Source of the DNA: Bugula neritina
Lineage: Eukaryota; Animalia; Bryozoa
Assembly: GCA_964035545.1 (NCBI GenBank)
Contig: OZ037768.1
Span: 186,001 to 250,000 of the forward strand
DNA: 64,000 bases
Direction: 5' to 3'
Made by a program: the position numbers and the translations under genes. How positions within the stretch are numbered: the stretch's first letter is position 1; each line of letters begins with the position of its first letter. Positions 12,602-27,000 of the stretch are shown one piece after another. The notes beneath the pieces are model-generated. The model saw nothing but the letters and a program-made list of their open reading frames with translations. It did not search any database and had not been told where the DNA came from.

Positions 12602-15600
12602 TTACTTCCTGTATACAACTTCTATATAATTGGTTAAATGGAGCAAGAGAGACCTAGGTTCTGGGAGCCAGTTATTGGAAGATGCGGGTGGTTGGGGAGG
12701 AGAGACTTTCAGAGTTTCGTTAAGTGAGTGGCACATGGCCAACAGCCAACTTTTAGGGCAGACAACTCCAGGGGGAGAGTCTAGGAAAGAACTCAGCTGG
12801 GACTCCAGCCGATGAATTTTCTCAGTTAAAGAAACGATTACAGCATCTTTATCTGCTACGATCTTCGTCCATTCTGAATTGTGCTTTTTCATGTTTTCAT
12901 TTTCTTCTTTTAATCTTCTCAAAGATTCTTGAAGCTCCAACATTTGCTCTTTTACCGATTTCTCGGCAGCATCAGTATGACAGCATACACATGACTTAAA
13001 GGTATGTATGACAGCATATACATGACTTAAAGGTATGTATGACAGCATACACATGACTTAAAGGTATGTATGACAGCATACACATGACTTGAAGGTATGT
13101 ATGACAGCATACACATGACTTGAAGGTATGTATGACAGCATGTACATGACTTAAAGGTATGTATGACAGCATATACATGACATAAAGGTATGTATGACAG
13201 CATACACATGACTTAAAGGTATGTATGACAGCATACACATGACTTGAAGGTATGTATGACAGCATACACATGACTTGAAGGTATGTATGACAGCATGTAC
13301 ATGACTTAAAGGTATGTATGACAGCATACACATGACATAAAGGTATGTATGACAGCATACACATGACATAAAGGTATGTATGACAGCATACACATGACAT
13401 AAAGGTATGTATGACAGCATACACATGACATAAAGGTATGTATGACAGCATACACATGACTTAAAGGTATGTATGACAGCATATACATGACTTAAAGGTA
13501 TGTATGACAGCATACACATGACTTGAAGGTATGTATGACAGCATATACATGACTTAAAGGTATGTATGACAGCATACACATGACTTGAAGGTATGTATGA
13601 CAGCATACACATGACTTGAAGGTATGTATGACAGCATACACATGACTTAAAGGTATGTATGACAGCATACACATGACTTAAAGGTATGTATGACAGCATA
13701 TACATGACTTAAAGGTATGTATGACAGCATACACATGACTTAAAGGTATGTATGACAGCATACACATGACATAAAGGTATGTATGACAGCATATACATGA
13801 CTTAAAGGTATGTATGACAGCATATACATGACTTGAAGGTATATATGACAGCATATACATGACTTAAAGGTATGTATGACAGCATATACATGACTTGAAG
13901 GTATATATGACAGCATATACATGACTTAAAGGTATGTATATCAGCATACACATGACTTAAAGGTATGTATGACAGCATATACATGACTTGAAGGTATGTA
14001 TGACAGCATACACATGACTTGAAGGTATGTATGACAGCATACACATGACATAAAGATATATATGACAGCATATACATGACTTGAAGGTATGTATGACAGC
14101 ATACACATGACTTGAAGGTATGTATGACAGCATACACATGACTTAAAGGTATGTATGACAGCATACACATGACTTGAAGGTATGTATGACAGCATACACA
14201 TGACTTAAAGGTATGTATGACAGCATACACATGACTTAAAGGTATGTATGACAGCATGTACATGACTTAAAGGTATGTATGACAGCATATACATGACTTA
14301 AAGGTATGTATGACAGCATACACAACACACGATATAGTTTTATTACTTGCCTGCACTGGCAGATGCACTTTCTTCAACTGAGTGATTAGATAGGAGGTCA
14401 TTGTTAGAGTTGGTTACTTTAGAGTCGTGATGACTCACTAGGTTGATATTTATCTCCACACTACCCATACTCTTATTAACTACAAAATTTCAAATATCTT
14501 GTTGCTGTATTTATTTCAAGCATGAACAGCTTGCGCAAGATGCATGGGAAGGTTTGTGAAGTTAGTGTTGCTAAGAAATGTTGTCCAGGTGTAGATTAGT
14601 AATGCATATGTAGAAGTCAACTAACTAGAAGTCAACTAGAGGTCAACTGACTAGAGGTCAACTGGCTAGAGGTCAACTAACTAGAGGTCAACTGGCTAGA
14701 GGTTAACTGTCTGGAGGTCGGCTGACTAGAGGTCAACTGGCTAGAGGTCAACTAAAGTTCAACTAGAGGTCAACTGTCTATAATAATTTTACATAAATGA
14801 GTTTTCTTAATCATTTTGATAAAAGTCAAAGTTTTGGCACCTGAAAAGGTAGCTATCGTAATTATTAAATACTTTGCTTAGTAATTAACAATAATTTATC
14901 ATTTTTATTAGCAGACAACATTTTAGCGAGCAGTCATTTTTCTACTTCTCGGATTGATTTTTCGTCTTTCCATGGTCTTATTGCTTTGAGATCGATCTGA
15001 GTTCGAGCTCTACAGACCGACCAGCTCAGAACGACTGAGATCGATCTTTGCCGTCTTTCCATGGATCGATCTCGCCGAGATCGATCTGAGATCGGTACAT
15101 GGAAAGCCGGTGTTAGTCAACTGACTAGAGGTCAACTGATTAGAGGTCAACTGACTAGAGGTCAACTAGAGGTCAACTGGCTAAAACAGCTGCTTCTGTT
15201 TTGAGAAAACTAAAGTCAGCTTTTATTCACTGCTATCATGTTTCTTAATTTACTTGATTCTGAAGAAGAGGCTGTGTGGATGTGTTTGGGTGTGGCTTGA
15301 TTCTCGCTGCCATTTAATGCTCTTTGCTCCTGAGTCACCGGCTGTGAATCTTCTGCAGGCAATTGCTGAATACTGGGCAGTCTAGCGTAGATAGATTCTT
15401 CTTTGTAAACTAGAAAGGTGCATTCGACTTACTTTAAAAAAAGAAATAACATGGCAGATTTTATAATTTTACTAAGGAGTTAAAATTACAGCACATTTAA
15501 AACATGCTATTTATCAACAGTTTATTAAGCTTCATATTTATACTGACTGAGTTGCTTTCAAAATGAATTTTTGAGGTTTTAAATTTAAATACTTTTTGCT

Positions 15601-17682
15601 CGGGGACTGTAAGGAATTTTCTGACGTAACTCCCCAATGGATTGAGACCTTTCGCTCTCCGCTTTCGGCCAAGAAGATTTCTGGAGATTCATTGACTGGG
15701 AAAGTGCACCATTCACTAAAACATATAATGTAAGTGTGTAGACAAGGAAGTCCAGTAGAGTAAATGCCTAGCAACTCCTTCAAATAAAGCTGTGACTTAG
15801 CTGTACATGAAAATGAAGCACTTACATGTTTTTGTATTTACAGGTGTGTCATGTGCATAAATATATACATGTACATGACTAACCATGCAACTTAGAACTA
15901 GACATGTATATATTTATATTGAAAAATCAAATATATGGCTTCTGTTATGCGACTAATAACTCCACAATTTCCACAAACTTGCCTGCATTCAAACCTCTAT
16001 AAGGGGGATGTGGCCCTTGGTTAATTAATGGCAGGTGGTGTGAATGCGATAATTGTTTGCCGTCATATTCTTTGAAGTTTTTCTGATAATTGTCCAGTTC
16101 TGGTAGTTTGCTTTGCGATGTTGGAGACTTATAAATTTTGTTCTGTGAAGTATGTGTAACATCTCTATAAGAACCTAAAACAAAGAGATTAGCTGAATTT
16201 GTACTCAAGCATTTATTGCATGAAAGTAAATAACAAAAGGATGAAAGTGGGTGGTAACTTGAATGGGTTTATTAGTTGAAAAAATAAAATGAAATAATGA
16301 ATTCCCAAAATCATTGGCTCAATGAACTAACCTTAGAAACTGAAATTGAAAACCCTGAATGACTCACATAGTTTTTAATGGCTGCTTAATTGTAGAAGAT
16401 AACATCGTTCAACTGGAACTTTATTCTCACCAATACTTTAAAAGTGAAACTAAGTGTTAAATTACTATATTAAATTACTGATCTATTAAAACCCTTTCAG
16501 CATGTCACATGCTCGCATGCCTAACGTCTCACATGTTCAGCATGTCACATGTCCAGCATGTCACATGTTCAGTATGTCACATGTCCAGCATGTCACATGT
16601 TCAGCATGTCACATGTCCAGCATGTCACATTGTTCAGCATGTCACATGTTCAGTATGTCACATGTTCAGTATGTCACATGTCCAGCATGTCACATGTTCA
16701 GCATGTCACATGTCCAGCATGTCACATTGTTCAGCATGTCACATGTTCAGTATGTCACATGTCCAGCATGTCACATGTTCAGCATGTCACATGTCCAGCA
16801 TGTCACATTGTTCAGCATGTCACATGTTCAGTATGTCACATGTTCAGTATGTCACATACCTCTGTCTTGTGAATAACTGTGTCCATGATAACTTCCCAGA
16901 GTTGTGGTAGAGGCAGAGCTTCTACTTGCAGATGCTGAAATATATTATATTATATTATATTAGTATATATTATATCATATTGTAATATATTATATTATAT
17001 TAGTATATATTATATCATATTGTAATATATTATATTATATTAGTATATATTATATCATATTGTAATATATTATATTATATTATATTAGTATATATTATAT
17101 CATATTGTAATATATTATATTATATTAGTATATATTATATCATATTGTAATATATTATATTATATTATATTAGTATATATTATATCATATTGTAATATAT
17201 TATATTATACTAGTATATATTATATCATATTATATTATATTATAATATATTATATTACATTATATTGTATTATATTAATATATATATGATATTATATTAT
17301 ATTATATCATAATATGTTATATTAGATTGTATTAAATTAGTATATGTTATATTATATTATATTATATTGGTCACCTTTTAGTCACCTTTCACTGCCGTGT
17401 ATTATATTAATATATATTATATCATTATATTATATTATCATAGTATATTATATTATATTATATTATATTATAATATATTATATTATATTATATTATATTA
17501 TATTATATTGGTATACATTATATTATATTGTATTAGTTTATATTATATTATATTACTATATATTAAACTATATTAAATTATTTTAAATAAAATTGGTGTA
17601 TATTGAATTATATTAATATATAGTAAATTATATATATGAAATTATATATATAAAATTATATATATATATATATATATATATC

Positions 17683-17713
<31 letters not shown>

Positions 17714-19029
17714 GTCAAAAACTCAATCAATAAGTGTGTTGCTGTCATTTACTGCTTTTCTGAAGTATACATAAATGTCAACTCGGGAATACCTTGAGAT
17801 CACACTTGTTGACTTCCTTTTAAACTCTCCGATGACTTTTTAGACTTTTGAAGAGCTGAACTTTGCTTTTTCTCTTGCTGTACTCCTGTAAATAAAATTA
17901 AATAACTATGATAGCTAAAGGAAGTTAGAAGTTACACAAAATACTTTTGCTGTAGAAATTTCATGTTAAATCATAAGTTATGAACTAGAAATTATACTAG
18001 ACTTGAGGTTTCAGGAATTATTCTTTAGTTTGGGCATATACAGTGAAGAACATAGAATAGGTAATTAGAATTTAGGTTTTCTAGAAGTTTAAACGCAGAC
18101 ACTAACTCAGCACTGCTGACTTTAACTTACACAATTATCCCCCCATTAGCAAAGTCATACTAAATAGTTATTCTATTATACTTTGAACCAATTAGACCTG
18201 ATGGCTTGGAAGACAAAATCTGCAACCTTTCAACAATCTCCTTTTGAATTTATACAGGAAGTGAGCATTTAGCAATAATTATAAATAACCGTCTTAAGTC
18301 TGATTGAGTGCACAATACCATATTATGAATGGAAGCCATTTTGAATGTAAAACATAAATCCAAGAAAACTATTAATCATTTAAACGTCTTTAACTTAGTA
18401 ATAAGAATTTAAATAGCACTTTTAGCTTTGAACTATACAATTATTCTAAAGTAGACGTCAATGCTAAAACAATGAGTATATAATAACAAAATACACATGG
18501 TTAGCACACCACTTTACCTTTTTAAAACAGCAACTAAAAAGATCTATTAATATGTGTTACTTTTATCTCACTTAGTAAAACTAATTTACTCATATAAAGT
18601 TCTAAAAAACATTTAAAACCTAATATATATACACACTGATGTCTACTCCATATATACACACTGATGTCTACTCCATATACACATTGGTGTCTACTCCATA
18701 TATACACACTGATATCTACTCCATATATACACACTGATGTCTACTCCATATATACACACTGATGTCTACTCCATATATACACACTGATGTCTACTCCATA
18801 TATACACACTGATATCTACTCCATATATACACACTGATGTCTACTCCATATATACACACTGATGTCTACTCCATATATACACACTGATGTCTACTCCATA
18901 TATACACACTGATGTCTACTCCATATACACACTGCTGTCTACCTTTCTCATTTTCTGTGAAATAAGTCTGCATGCTTTGTATTGACGGTGATATTTGAAG
19001 TTTCCTGGGTGTATATTCTGATCCCTCCA
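12602..19029 (-). CDS. Uncharacterised, largely disordered Ser-rich protein with C-terminal coiled coil; exons 19029-18943, 17885-17793, 16934-16860, 16174-15983, 15715-15593, 15409-15254, 14479-14351 and a terminal exon about 12975-12602; 5' end unresolved
   Basis: Seven consecutive exons with lengths divisible by 3, all phase 1, with plausible splice sites; terminal exon has heptads (MLELQESLRRLKEENENMKK); terminal acceptor ambiguous; one in-frame TGA. Confidence 0.55.
12975..14323. repeat. 31-bp minisatellite gtatgacagcatacacatgacttaaaggtat, about 43 copies, filling an intron
   Basis: Seen directly; abuts the terminal exon. Confidence 0.95.
14611..15183. repeat. ctagaggtcaactg-type repeat interrupted at about 14780-15115 by a probable DNA-transposon fragment
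   Basis: Same unit on both sides; insert has gatcgatc palindromes and ends catggaaagccggtgtta. Confidence 0.55.
16497..16858. repeat. 16-bp minisatellite catgtcacatgttcag starting at a minus-strand donor
   Basis: Minus strand reads GAG|gtatgtgacatactgaacatgtgac... Confidence 0.9.
16940..17710. repeat. AT-rich low-complexity / (TATAT)n tract
   Basis: Seen directly. Confidence 0.85.
18626..18942 (-). repeat. 25-bp minisatellite beginning at a minus-strand donor (gtagacatcagtgtgtatatatgga), about 12 copies
   Basis: First unit is the donor AAAG|gtagacagcagtgtg at 18942. Confidence 0.85.
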
Positions 19030-21299
19030 CTACAACAGCCAACCAGATGTAAAGAAGCACACAAAGCTAAAAGAAGCACACAAAGCTAAGTCAGAAGCAC
19101 TCTAACCTCTTGTATAACTTGTTGCATCTTTTACAAGCACTTCTATTATTTCATACTGTAATGGAGGTGCTTGTCACCTAAATCAAGGCTAAACTATGAA
19201 CAAAAGAGGTTTGATAACTAGGTCTGTACCTCTTTCACAGAAGATTCTAATCTAATCATGGGAAGGTTTCACTAACAATACAGTATCAGCAACACTAGAT
19301 ATCCCTTTGGTATTATAGCACCTTATTCTGTGGTGACTGGGTCTACCTATATAACTTCTGCCCTAATAGAGCATGATTTACTTCATTCTTGGAAATATAG
19401 ATTCCAACTTATTTATTAAAAATACATAACTATGCTGTTTTATAAGTCGTCATGATTCTAACATAAGCAAATTTTACATTGCACAACAGCAAAATAACAC
19501 AAATCTCATTATAAACAATATATTATTTCAAATACAATTAATTCCTATTACAAAACTTCAAATAGCACGAAGCTTTTGTAGCGAAGCAAGAAAGAGGTAA
19601 AGCTTGACCGTTTTTGTGGAATAATAAATCAATAATATAATTAATATTTTTTAAAGATGATGCGCTAAAAGATCAGAAAGCTATGTTATAAATAGTTTTG
19701 CTTTTTGTATCTCTTGCTTTAATTGTGCTAGTAATCCCTAATTTATCTGAAAATGCATATTTTCACACGTACAGGCTTTCACAGAGATATATTTTCCGTT
19801 GGATTTGCTGCAATGTATTTCTTAAGCTTAGTATCACAGTTAGAGAAAGTTGCACGCTACCTGAGGAGTGCTTCTTGCCACCTGGGGGGTGCTTCATGCC
19901 ACCTGAGAAGTGCTCCATGCTACCTGAGGAGTGCTATAGTTTACGTGTATCTACAATGAAGTGTTTGATACTTAAATTTAGAATAATGTTGACTTTAACT
20001 ATGACAGAGTGACCGTTAGTGATCTTGTAGTCTGAGTAGAGTCAGTCTGCGACTAACTCAGCTCCAACTATTACATCCTGTACCTTTTTTCAGGACTAGT
20101 ATACATACTGCATCTTACTAAACAAATACTGACTCTTTATCCATTATAATAGAGTTATATAATATAATATTAATATTATATAATGCAATATAATACAATA
20201 ATATATGTGAACTTGGATTAAAGAATTCAATAAACATCTATACAGGCTTAAATAATGAACTCTTAGCAAATATTACAAATTGCATTAGCAACACAAATTA
20301 ATTACAATTTAATTAGCGAGATTTAACTATCTTTCATTATTTATCACACATAATAGCTTACACTTACTCTTACACTCTATTTGTTAGAGGGAAGTCACTT
20401 CCAACTCAAAGTATGAACTGCCTTTTGATAAACAGCAGCTTTCATTTCAATTACATTATATAATGCAATCTTGACTTATTCTCAAAGCTTATGTGCCTGA
20501 TTAGGTTTTAATATTTGCTTTGCTATGAGAGAATGTATGGAGCAATGTTCACAATTGTGTTATTTGTTGAAAGGTTTGTTGTGTGCTGAATAACCATAGA
20601 TTTCTTACAATGTACAACTGTGACAGTTTCACCATCTCACTCTGCTCCCTATCAAAGTGATTAAGTCAAACAATCTTCCCTCCATCTATATTTTGATGCT
20701 AATAACATGTCCAACTAGCTGACCCTATTTCAGTCCCAACTCTGAGAGAGAAGAGTATTTGTTTGGGTTTTATTGGCTATATACATTATAACAGAAAGGT
20801 GTAAGTTATAACATGTATATTCTATTTGTAGATAATACAGCATGCTTATACACCTCACAATTTCATGCAAAATACTAAAGGGAAGATAAATCTAATGCTG
20901 TACACATAGTGTATGCTAACTAGTTTACCTTTGGCATATTATAGCTTTACTGTACATATACTATGTGCAGACAAAGGATATCTTATATCACAGAAAATTA
21001 TACATGGCCCTATTGATTATACTAAAAGCATCCCAAGATGTTACTTATAATAATGGCATACGAAACTCGTTGGTAGTTATAACAATTATTATACTAATAA
21101 TTTTAAACTTTTATACTGATGGAATATTTATATATTGTGTTTATATTTTTCTACCACTTGGCACTTGTATATGCTTAAAGACCAACTCAAATCGAGGCTT
21201 TCTGTTGAGGCATTCTATCCTTCTATAAATGGTACTAACAGTGATGCAAGTTCTATACGAACTAAAATTACCCACAAATCAACAGTACAACTGAAGCTG

Positions 21300-22317
21300 C
21301 TGAATAATACAAGGGAAGTCACACTATCGAATAATACAAGGGAAGTCACACTACCGAATAATACAAGGGAAGTCACACTACTGAATAATACAAGGGAAGT
21401 CACACTACCGAATAATACAAGGGAAGTCACACTATCGAATAATACAAGGGAAGTCACACTACCGAATAATACAAGGGAAGTCACACTATCGAATAATACA
21501 AGGGAAGTCACACTCCTGAATAATACAAGGGAAGTCACACTACCGAATAATACAAGGGAAGTCACACTCCTGAATAATACAAGGGAAGTCACACTACCGA
21601 ATAATACAAGGGAAGTCACACTACTGAATAATACAAGGGAAGTCACACTACTGAATAATACAAGGGAAGTCACACTACCGAATAATACAAGGGAAGTCAC
21701 ACTCCTGAATAATACAAGGGAAGTCACACTACCGAATAATACAAGGGAAGTCACACTACTGAATAATACAAGGGAAGTCACACTACTGAATAATACAAGG
21801 GAAGTCACACTACCGAATAATACAAGGGAAGTCACACTACCGAATAATACAAGGGAAGTCACACTCCTGAATAATACAAGGGAAGTCACAATACTGAATA
21901 TTACAAGGGAAGTCACAATACTGAATAATACAAGGGAAGTCACACTACCGAATAATACAAGGGAAGTCACACTACCGAATAATACAAGGGAAGTCACACT
22001 CCTGAATAATACAAGGGAAGTCACACTACTGAATATTACAAGGGAAGTCACAATACTGAATAATACAAGGGAAGTCACACTCCTGAATAATACAAGGGAA
22101 GTCACACTACTGAATAATACAAGGGAAGTCACACTCCTGAATAATACAAGGGAAGTCACACTACTGAATAATACAAGGGAAGTCACACTCCTGAATAATA
22201 CAAGGGAAGTCACAATACTGAATAATACAAGGGAAGTCACACTACTGAATAATACAAGGGAAGTCACACTACTGAATAATACAAGGGAAGTCACACTACT
22301 GAATAATACAAGGGAAA
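21300..22317. repeat. 27-bp minisatellite gaataatacaagggaagtcacactact, about 38 copies (about 10 copies at 35405-35672)
   Basis: Seen directly. Confidence 0.95.
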
Positions 22318-23611
22318 TGGAGGTACAAAATTAATGTAAATAAATATTTATCTACATTTGTTTAATTTGATGACCACATTTTTCTAGGCTAATTAATCTC
22401 TGAACACCTTCTCCTGAAATGTAAGCAGAAATGTGCGTACATATGTAAAAGCAAACCGTTACATTAATGTTATAAAATTGGGTTGTATAAATTAGGAAAC
22501 AGTGTGATGACATACACTATATACATTACACTTGCGCTATACAGTAGGCGATAGAAAGCAATATATGGTATACTGTAATAATAGTTTAACTATAGACCGG
22601 TGCAAGCTCCATTACTATTCTGAGAATTAAATTCAGGCTATAAATATACTTGACACGCAAGCCACTGACCTAGTTACTATTATTATGAGCTCAGTTTTTG
22701 TCCCACATCCTAAATATGGGAGCAAAATCCAGTTGTTTTACTAGAAATCCTAAAATTTGAGAGTTATTTCTGGACTGACAGTGACACCTCTAGATGTACA
22801 CATATAGGTGACACTTTGGAATAACCTCTGCTCTGTTTGACGTAGAATCAGAGGTTACATAACAATACTAATTCCAGCCACATACCCTCACAGTCTGTAG
22901 TTGTGGTAATAGCATCTCTTCACTCAACTGCTTTAGTATTAAGAGATTATTTTATGGCCAGAGATTATAACCTGCCTCTGCAGCATTTGAATTGATGAAT
23001 ATTTAAAGTATATCATATCACACTGAACAAGGAAATCTATTCATGAAATATTTTATATGCTATATGTAATAGTAATATCTAATATATCATTACAATAGTT
23101 GCTATTTTAGAGCTTTGTGGTTAAATTTGCAAAAACACTAAAAGTTTGCCTTAAATAAACAATCCTATTAGAAAACAAAGTAAACTATCAAAAGGAATCA
23201 CAATAATCAAATCTGGAGATTTCAGAGTTTTCTCTATTTACATACTAAATGGAAATACGGCTAGATTTACCAGAAGTGTTTAATCTTTCAATCATGGTCT
23301 AGCCTTAAGCAGAGCCTAATAACATATATTCTCACAGCCAATTATAATGATTCCTCTAAACCTATTTTTACTTCTAGAATGCTTAGTGTTTTATTTTGTA
23401 AATTTTAGATGAAACAATTATTATACGTCATATTATACCAAGCATCATTAAAATTATTATATATATTATAATACAATATTATATTATACCTGATTTTATT
23501 ATACATTATTTTGTAATACATTATTATGCTACATATAGTATTTTTAACTTAGAAGACTTGTCAATTATCAAACATTATAGTTTGAAGTTTGAAAATGGTC
23601 GTATTTATTTG

Positions 23612-23825
23612 CTGATACTAAGACCTGTTGATACTGGGACCTGTTGACACTAAGACCTGTTGATACTGGGACCTGTTGACACTAAGACCTGTTGATACTA
23701 GGACCTGTTGACACTAAGACCTGTTGATACTAAGACCTGTTGACACTAAGACCTGTTGATACTGGGACCTGTTGACACTAAGACCTGTTGATACTGGGAC
23801 CTGTTGACACTAAGATACGTTGACA
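23612..23825. repeat. About 16-bp minisatellite ctaagacctgttgata (paralog at 36610-36820)
   Basis: Seen directly. Confidence 0.85.
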
Positions 23826-24038
23826 TGGAGATCTGTTGCGCTACTAATTACTTATAATTATATATATCCGGTATTATTCATTTCTCTGAATTAATATTTT
23901 TCCAGCTATAGTATAAATATAGTAATTGGATTTGGTGTCATATTTATAGCTTCTATACGCATGTATGCTGGTATTCTAGATCTAGTATTTAAATGGGCTG
24001 AACTCAGATATGAATTCAATTCTACTGATACATCAGCC

Positions 24039-27000
24039 ATGAGGTACAGGGTATTCTATAATTATATATTACATATCATATAGAATTTTATAGAATAGTT
24101 TTATACTTTGTTTTTAAAGTTTTATGTTTCCTAAACATTAAGTTTTTAAATTTTTTTTCTATTCACATGGTTTCAGTTTTTTATATTGATTTTTTGATTT
24201 TTTTTGTAGAAAGCAATAAGTACGTGAAATTCAATATATTCGTCAAACAAATATAATAATAATAATAATATAATATGATATATTATATATTTATATGTTA
24301 TAATATAATATTGCGTTTAAGATATAATATTATATTAATATATTTACAGGGTAATTTCAGCAGTAGCTCTTGTCAGTTTGGTTGGGTACACCCTAGCAGC
24401 ATACCCAACTCAAACCAACAACCTGTACAATGCATTCAACACTTGCACCGTGAAGACTCAGTCAGATATAGACTGTATAACCACCGTAAGAGACGGGCTG
24501 GATAAGATAGCCGACTACATTCAGAAGGTATTGTGGTCTCAGTATATACTCTAACTAATGGGTATTCTACTGATTTACAAATTTATTTGTAAAGATTTCT
24601 ACTTGTATAAAGAAGGTGTACCATCTACCTAGCTCACTGAATTTTTTTTTTTAATTTAGATTAAAAAAATGAAACTTTTAAACGCTTTAATGAGACAAAA
24701 TTCAGCCTTTCAGGTATAAACAAGGTGCATATAATTTATAATTTAAAATCAGCCTTAAAAAGAAACATCAACTTAAATTGTTTTAGTAACGTACAACAAT
24801 TTCTTTTGTTACAATGAATTTAATTTTTATGTAAAAACATGTTGCTAATAAAAAAACTCCAATTGATGAATTTCTAAACAGAATTATTCAAATCACTTTC
24901 AAGCTTTATTCCAGTAACCTAATAAACACTGGAATAAAAGTTACTACTGTAGCATATTATTATAGTATACTGTAATAATATGCTACAGTATACTGCAATA
25001 TACTGTAATTTTATACACTGGAAGAGAGTAGAATTATATGAACTGTTGATAAGATGTTATTATATAATTTAACAGAACGTGTTATGGGATAGAGTTGTCC
25101 TCTCATATTTTATCAAATTTATTTTTGATACACACATCTTTATATTATACTGAGTGACTAATACAACACAGATAGCTGAGATATCCCCCCTGCTCTGTAC
25201 ATATAGCTGAGTTACCTCCCCGGTTCTGTACAGATAACTGAGTTATCCCCCTGTTCTGTACAGATAACTGAGTTATCTCCCCTGTTCTGTACATACAGCT
25301 GAGTTATCCCCCCTGTTCTGTACATATAACTGAGTTATCTCCTCTGTTCTGTACAGATAACTGAGTTACTTTTTATGATTTTGTTGAAAGGTGAGAAACC
25401 TGAAGACCAACATGGGCAGACTAAACACTGGTCTAGATACCTTCAACGCAGTTGTGGGCATCGCTAAGTACGCCCCAGCAATTGGCTCAGCCATCACAGC
25501 TCTCAAGTCTACCATAACTGCAATACGGCCCACATTTAACTCCGCCTACGCCAGGGTGAAAACCATTGATGCTAAAATCTACCCGTGGAAGAATGACGTG
25601 AATAATGGAAAGATTGCCTGTAACCAGGGTAAGTATTGCATGTGCACGTAAACAGGGTAAGTATTGCATCTGTACGTAACCAAGGTAACTATTACATGTG
25701 TACATAACCAGGGTAAGTATTACATGTGTACATAACCAGGGTAAGTATTACATGTGTACATAACCAGGGTAAGTATTACATGTGTACATAACCAGGGTAA
25801 GTATTACATGTGTACATAACCAGGGTAAGTATTACATGTGTACGTAACCAGGGTAAGTATTACATGTGCACGTAACCAAGGTAAGTATTGCATTTGCACG
25901 TAACCAAGGTAAGTATTACATGTGTACATAACCAGGGTAAGTATTACATGTGTAGGTAACCAGGGTAAGTATTACATGTGCACATGATCAGAGCTGCCGA
26001 TAGAGCAGGCAACTCCTTCACCCTGTAATCATACAAAGTTAGATATGTTGTGTTGATTATGCTGCAGCCATTTCTCAACTCAACCTACTGAAAACCGCCT
26101 GCACCAACGGGAAGAACTACGTCAACTCGGCTCGTAACTGCATCAACTCGATGGCTGCCGGCAGCGTCAAGACGTCTCTGGGCAACTTCATGGAGTCTAT
26201 GGGCGGAGCTATGTACACAACAACCAATAGCTTGAATACAGGTATACAAATATCACATGTCATATATACATAGTTCTCAAAGACACTTTGTAAAACTAGT
26301 TCAAATAATTCAAACAACTTAGCAGCAGCGAAAAGCTATAAACATATTTTCAGCCAATACTGTATTTGCCATTTATCTCTGCAGAAAATTAGTGAAATAA
26401 GTAATAAAACTGAATTTAAGAAATCAATTTTATCTATATTTATATTATTTTATCAACTGAGAATTTAGTAATGTAACTCATTTGTTTAAAACAGATCTTT
26501 AAAATAAACTTTGTCTGTTTTTGCCCCGGCAGCGCTAGGAAACATCGGCAGCAAGTGTGCAGCTATCAAGGCGCTGACAGACATTGCTCTCGGCTGGCCA
26601 GACATTGACTTCATTGATGTCTCCATCTCCGGCGTCTACGCCTCTCTCCAGCCAATCCTAGACTTCTTTGCCAGTCTTCAAGTTGCTCTTGATGCCAGAC
26701 TGTGTATTCCAAACCCTCTGGACGCTCTGGAAAACCTCAGAGAACTGGAGATTCTAGAGTAAGTATACATTCCCTCAACACTATGTCTTGTAGAGTAAGT
26801 ATATATTCCCTCAACACTATGTCTTGTAGAGTAAGTATATATTCCCTCAACACTATACCTTGTAGAGTAAGTATATATTCTCTCAACACTATACCTTGTA
26901 GAGTAAGTATATATTCCCTCAACACTATGTCTTGTAGAGTAAGTATATATTCCCTCAACACTATACCTTGTAGAGTAAGTATATATTCCCTCAACACTAT

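Noticed and set aside
12975-14323. CRISPR-like regular 31-37 bp periodicity (also 26755-29419, 58127-58786)
   Set aside because: Units are contiguous with no unique spacers, there are no cas genes, and the context is eukaryotic
14780-15115. Complete MITE
   Set aside because: Only one terminus-like end was seen; no matching TIR or TSD found
17800-17802. Selenocysteine interpretation of the in-frame TGA
   Set aside because: No redox motif context and no SECIS recognised; kept only as a low-interest anomaly
21135-22334. 399-aa NNTREVTLL mucin-like ORF
   Set aside because: 27-bp array open on both strands, no signal peptide, and the paralogous copy is frameshifted and much shorter
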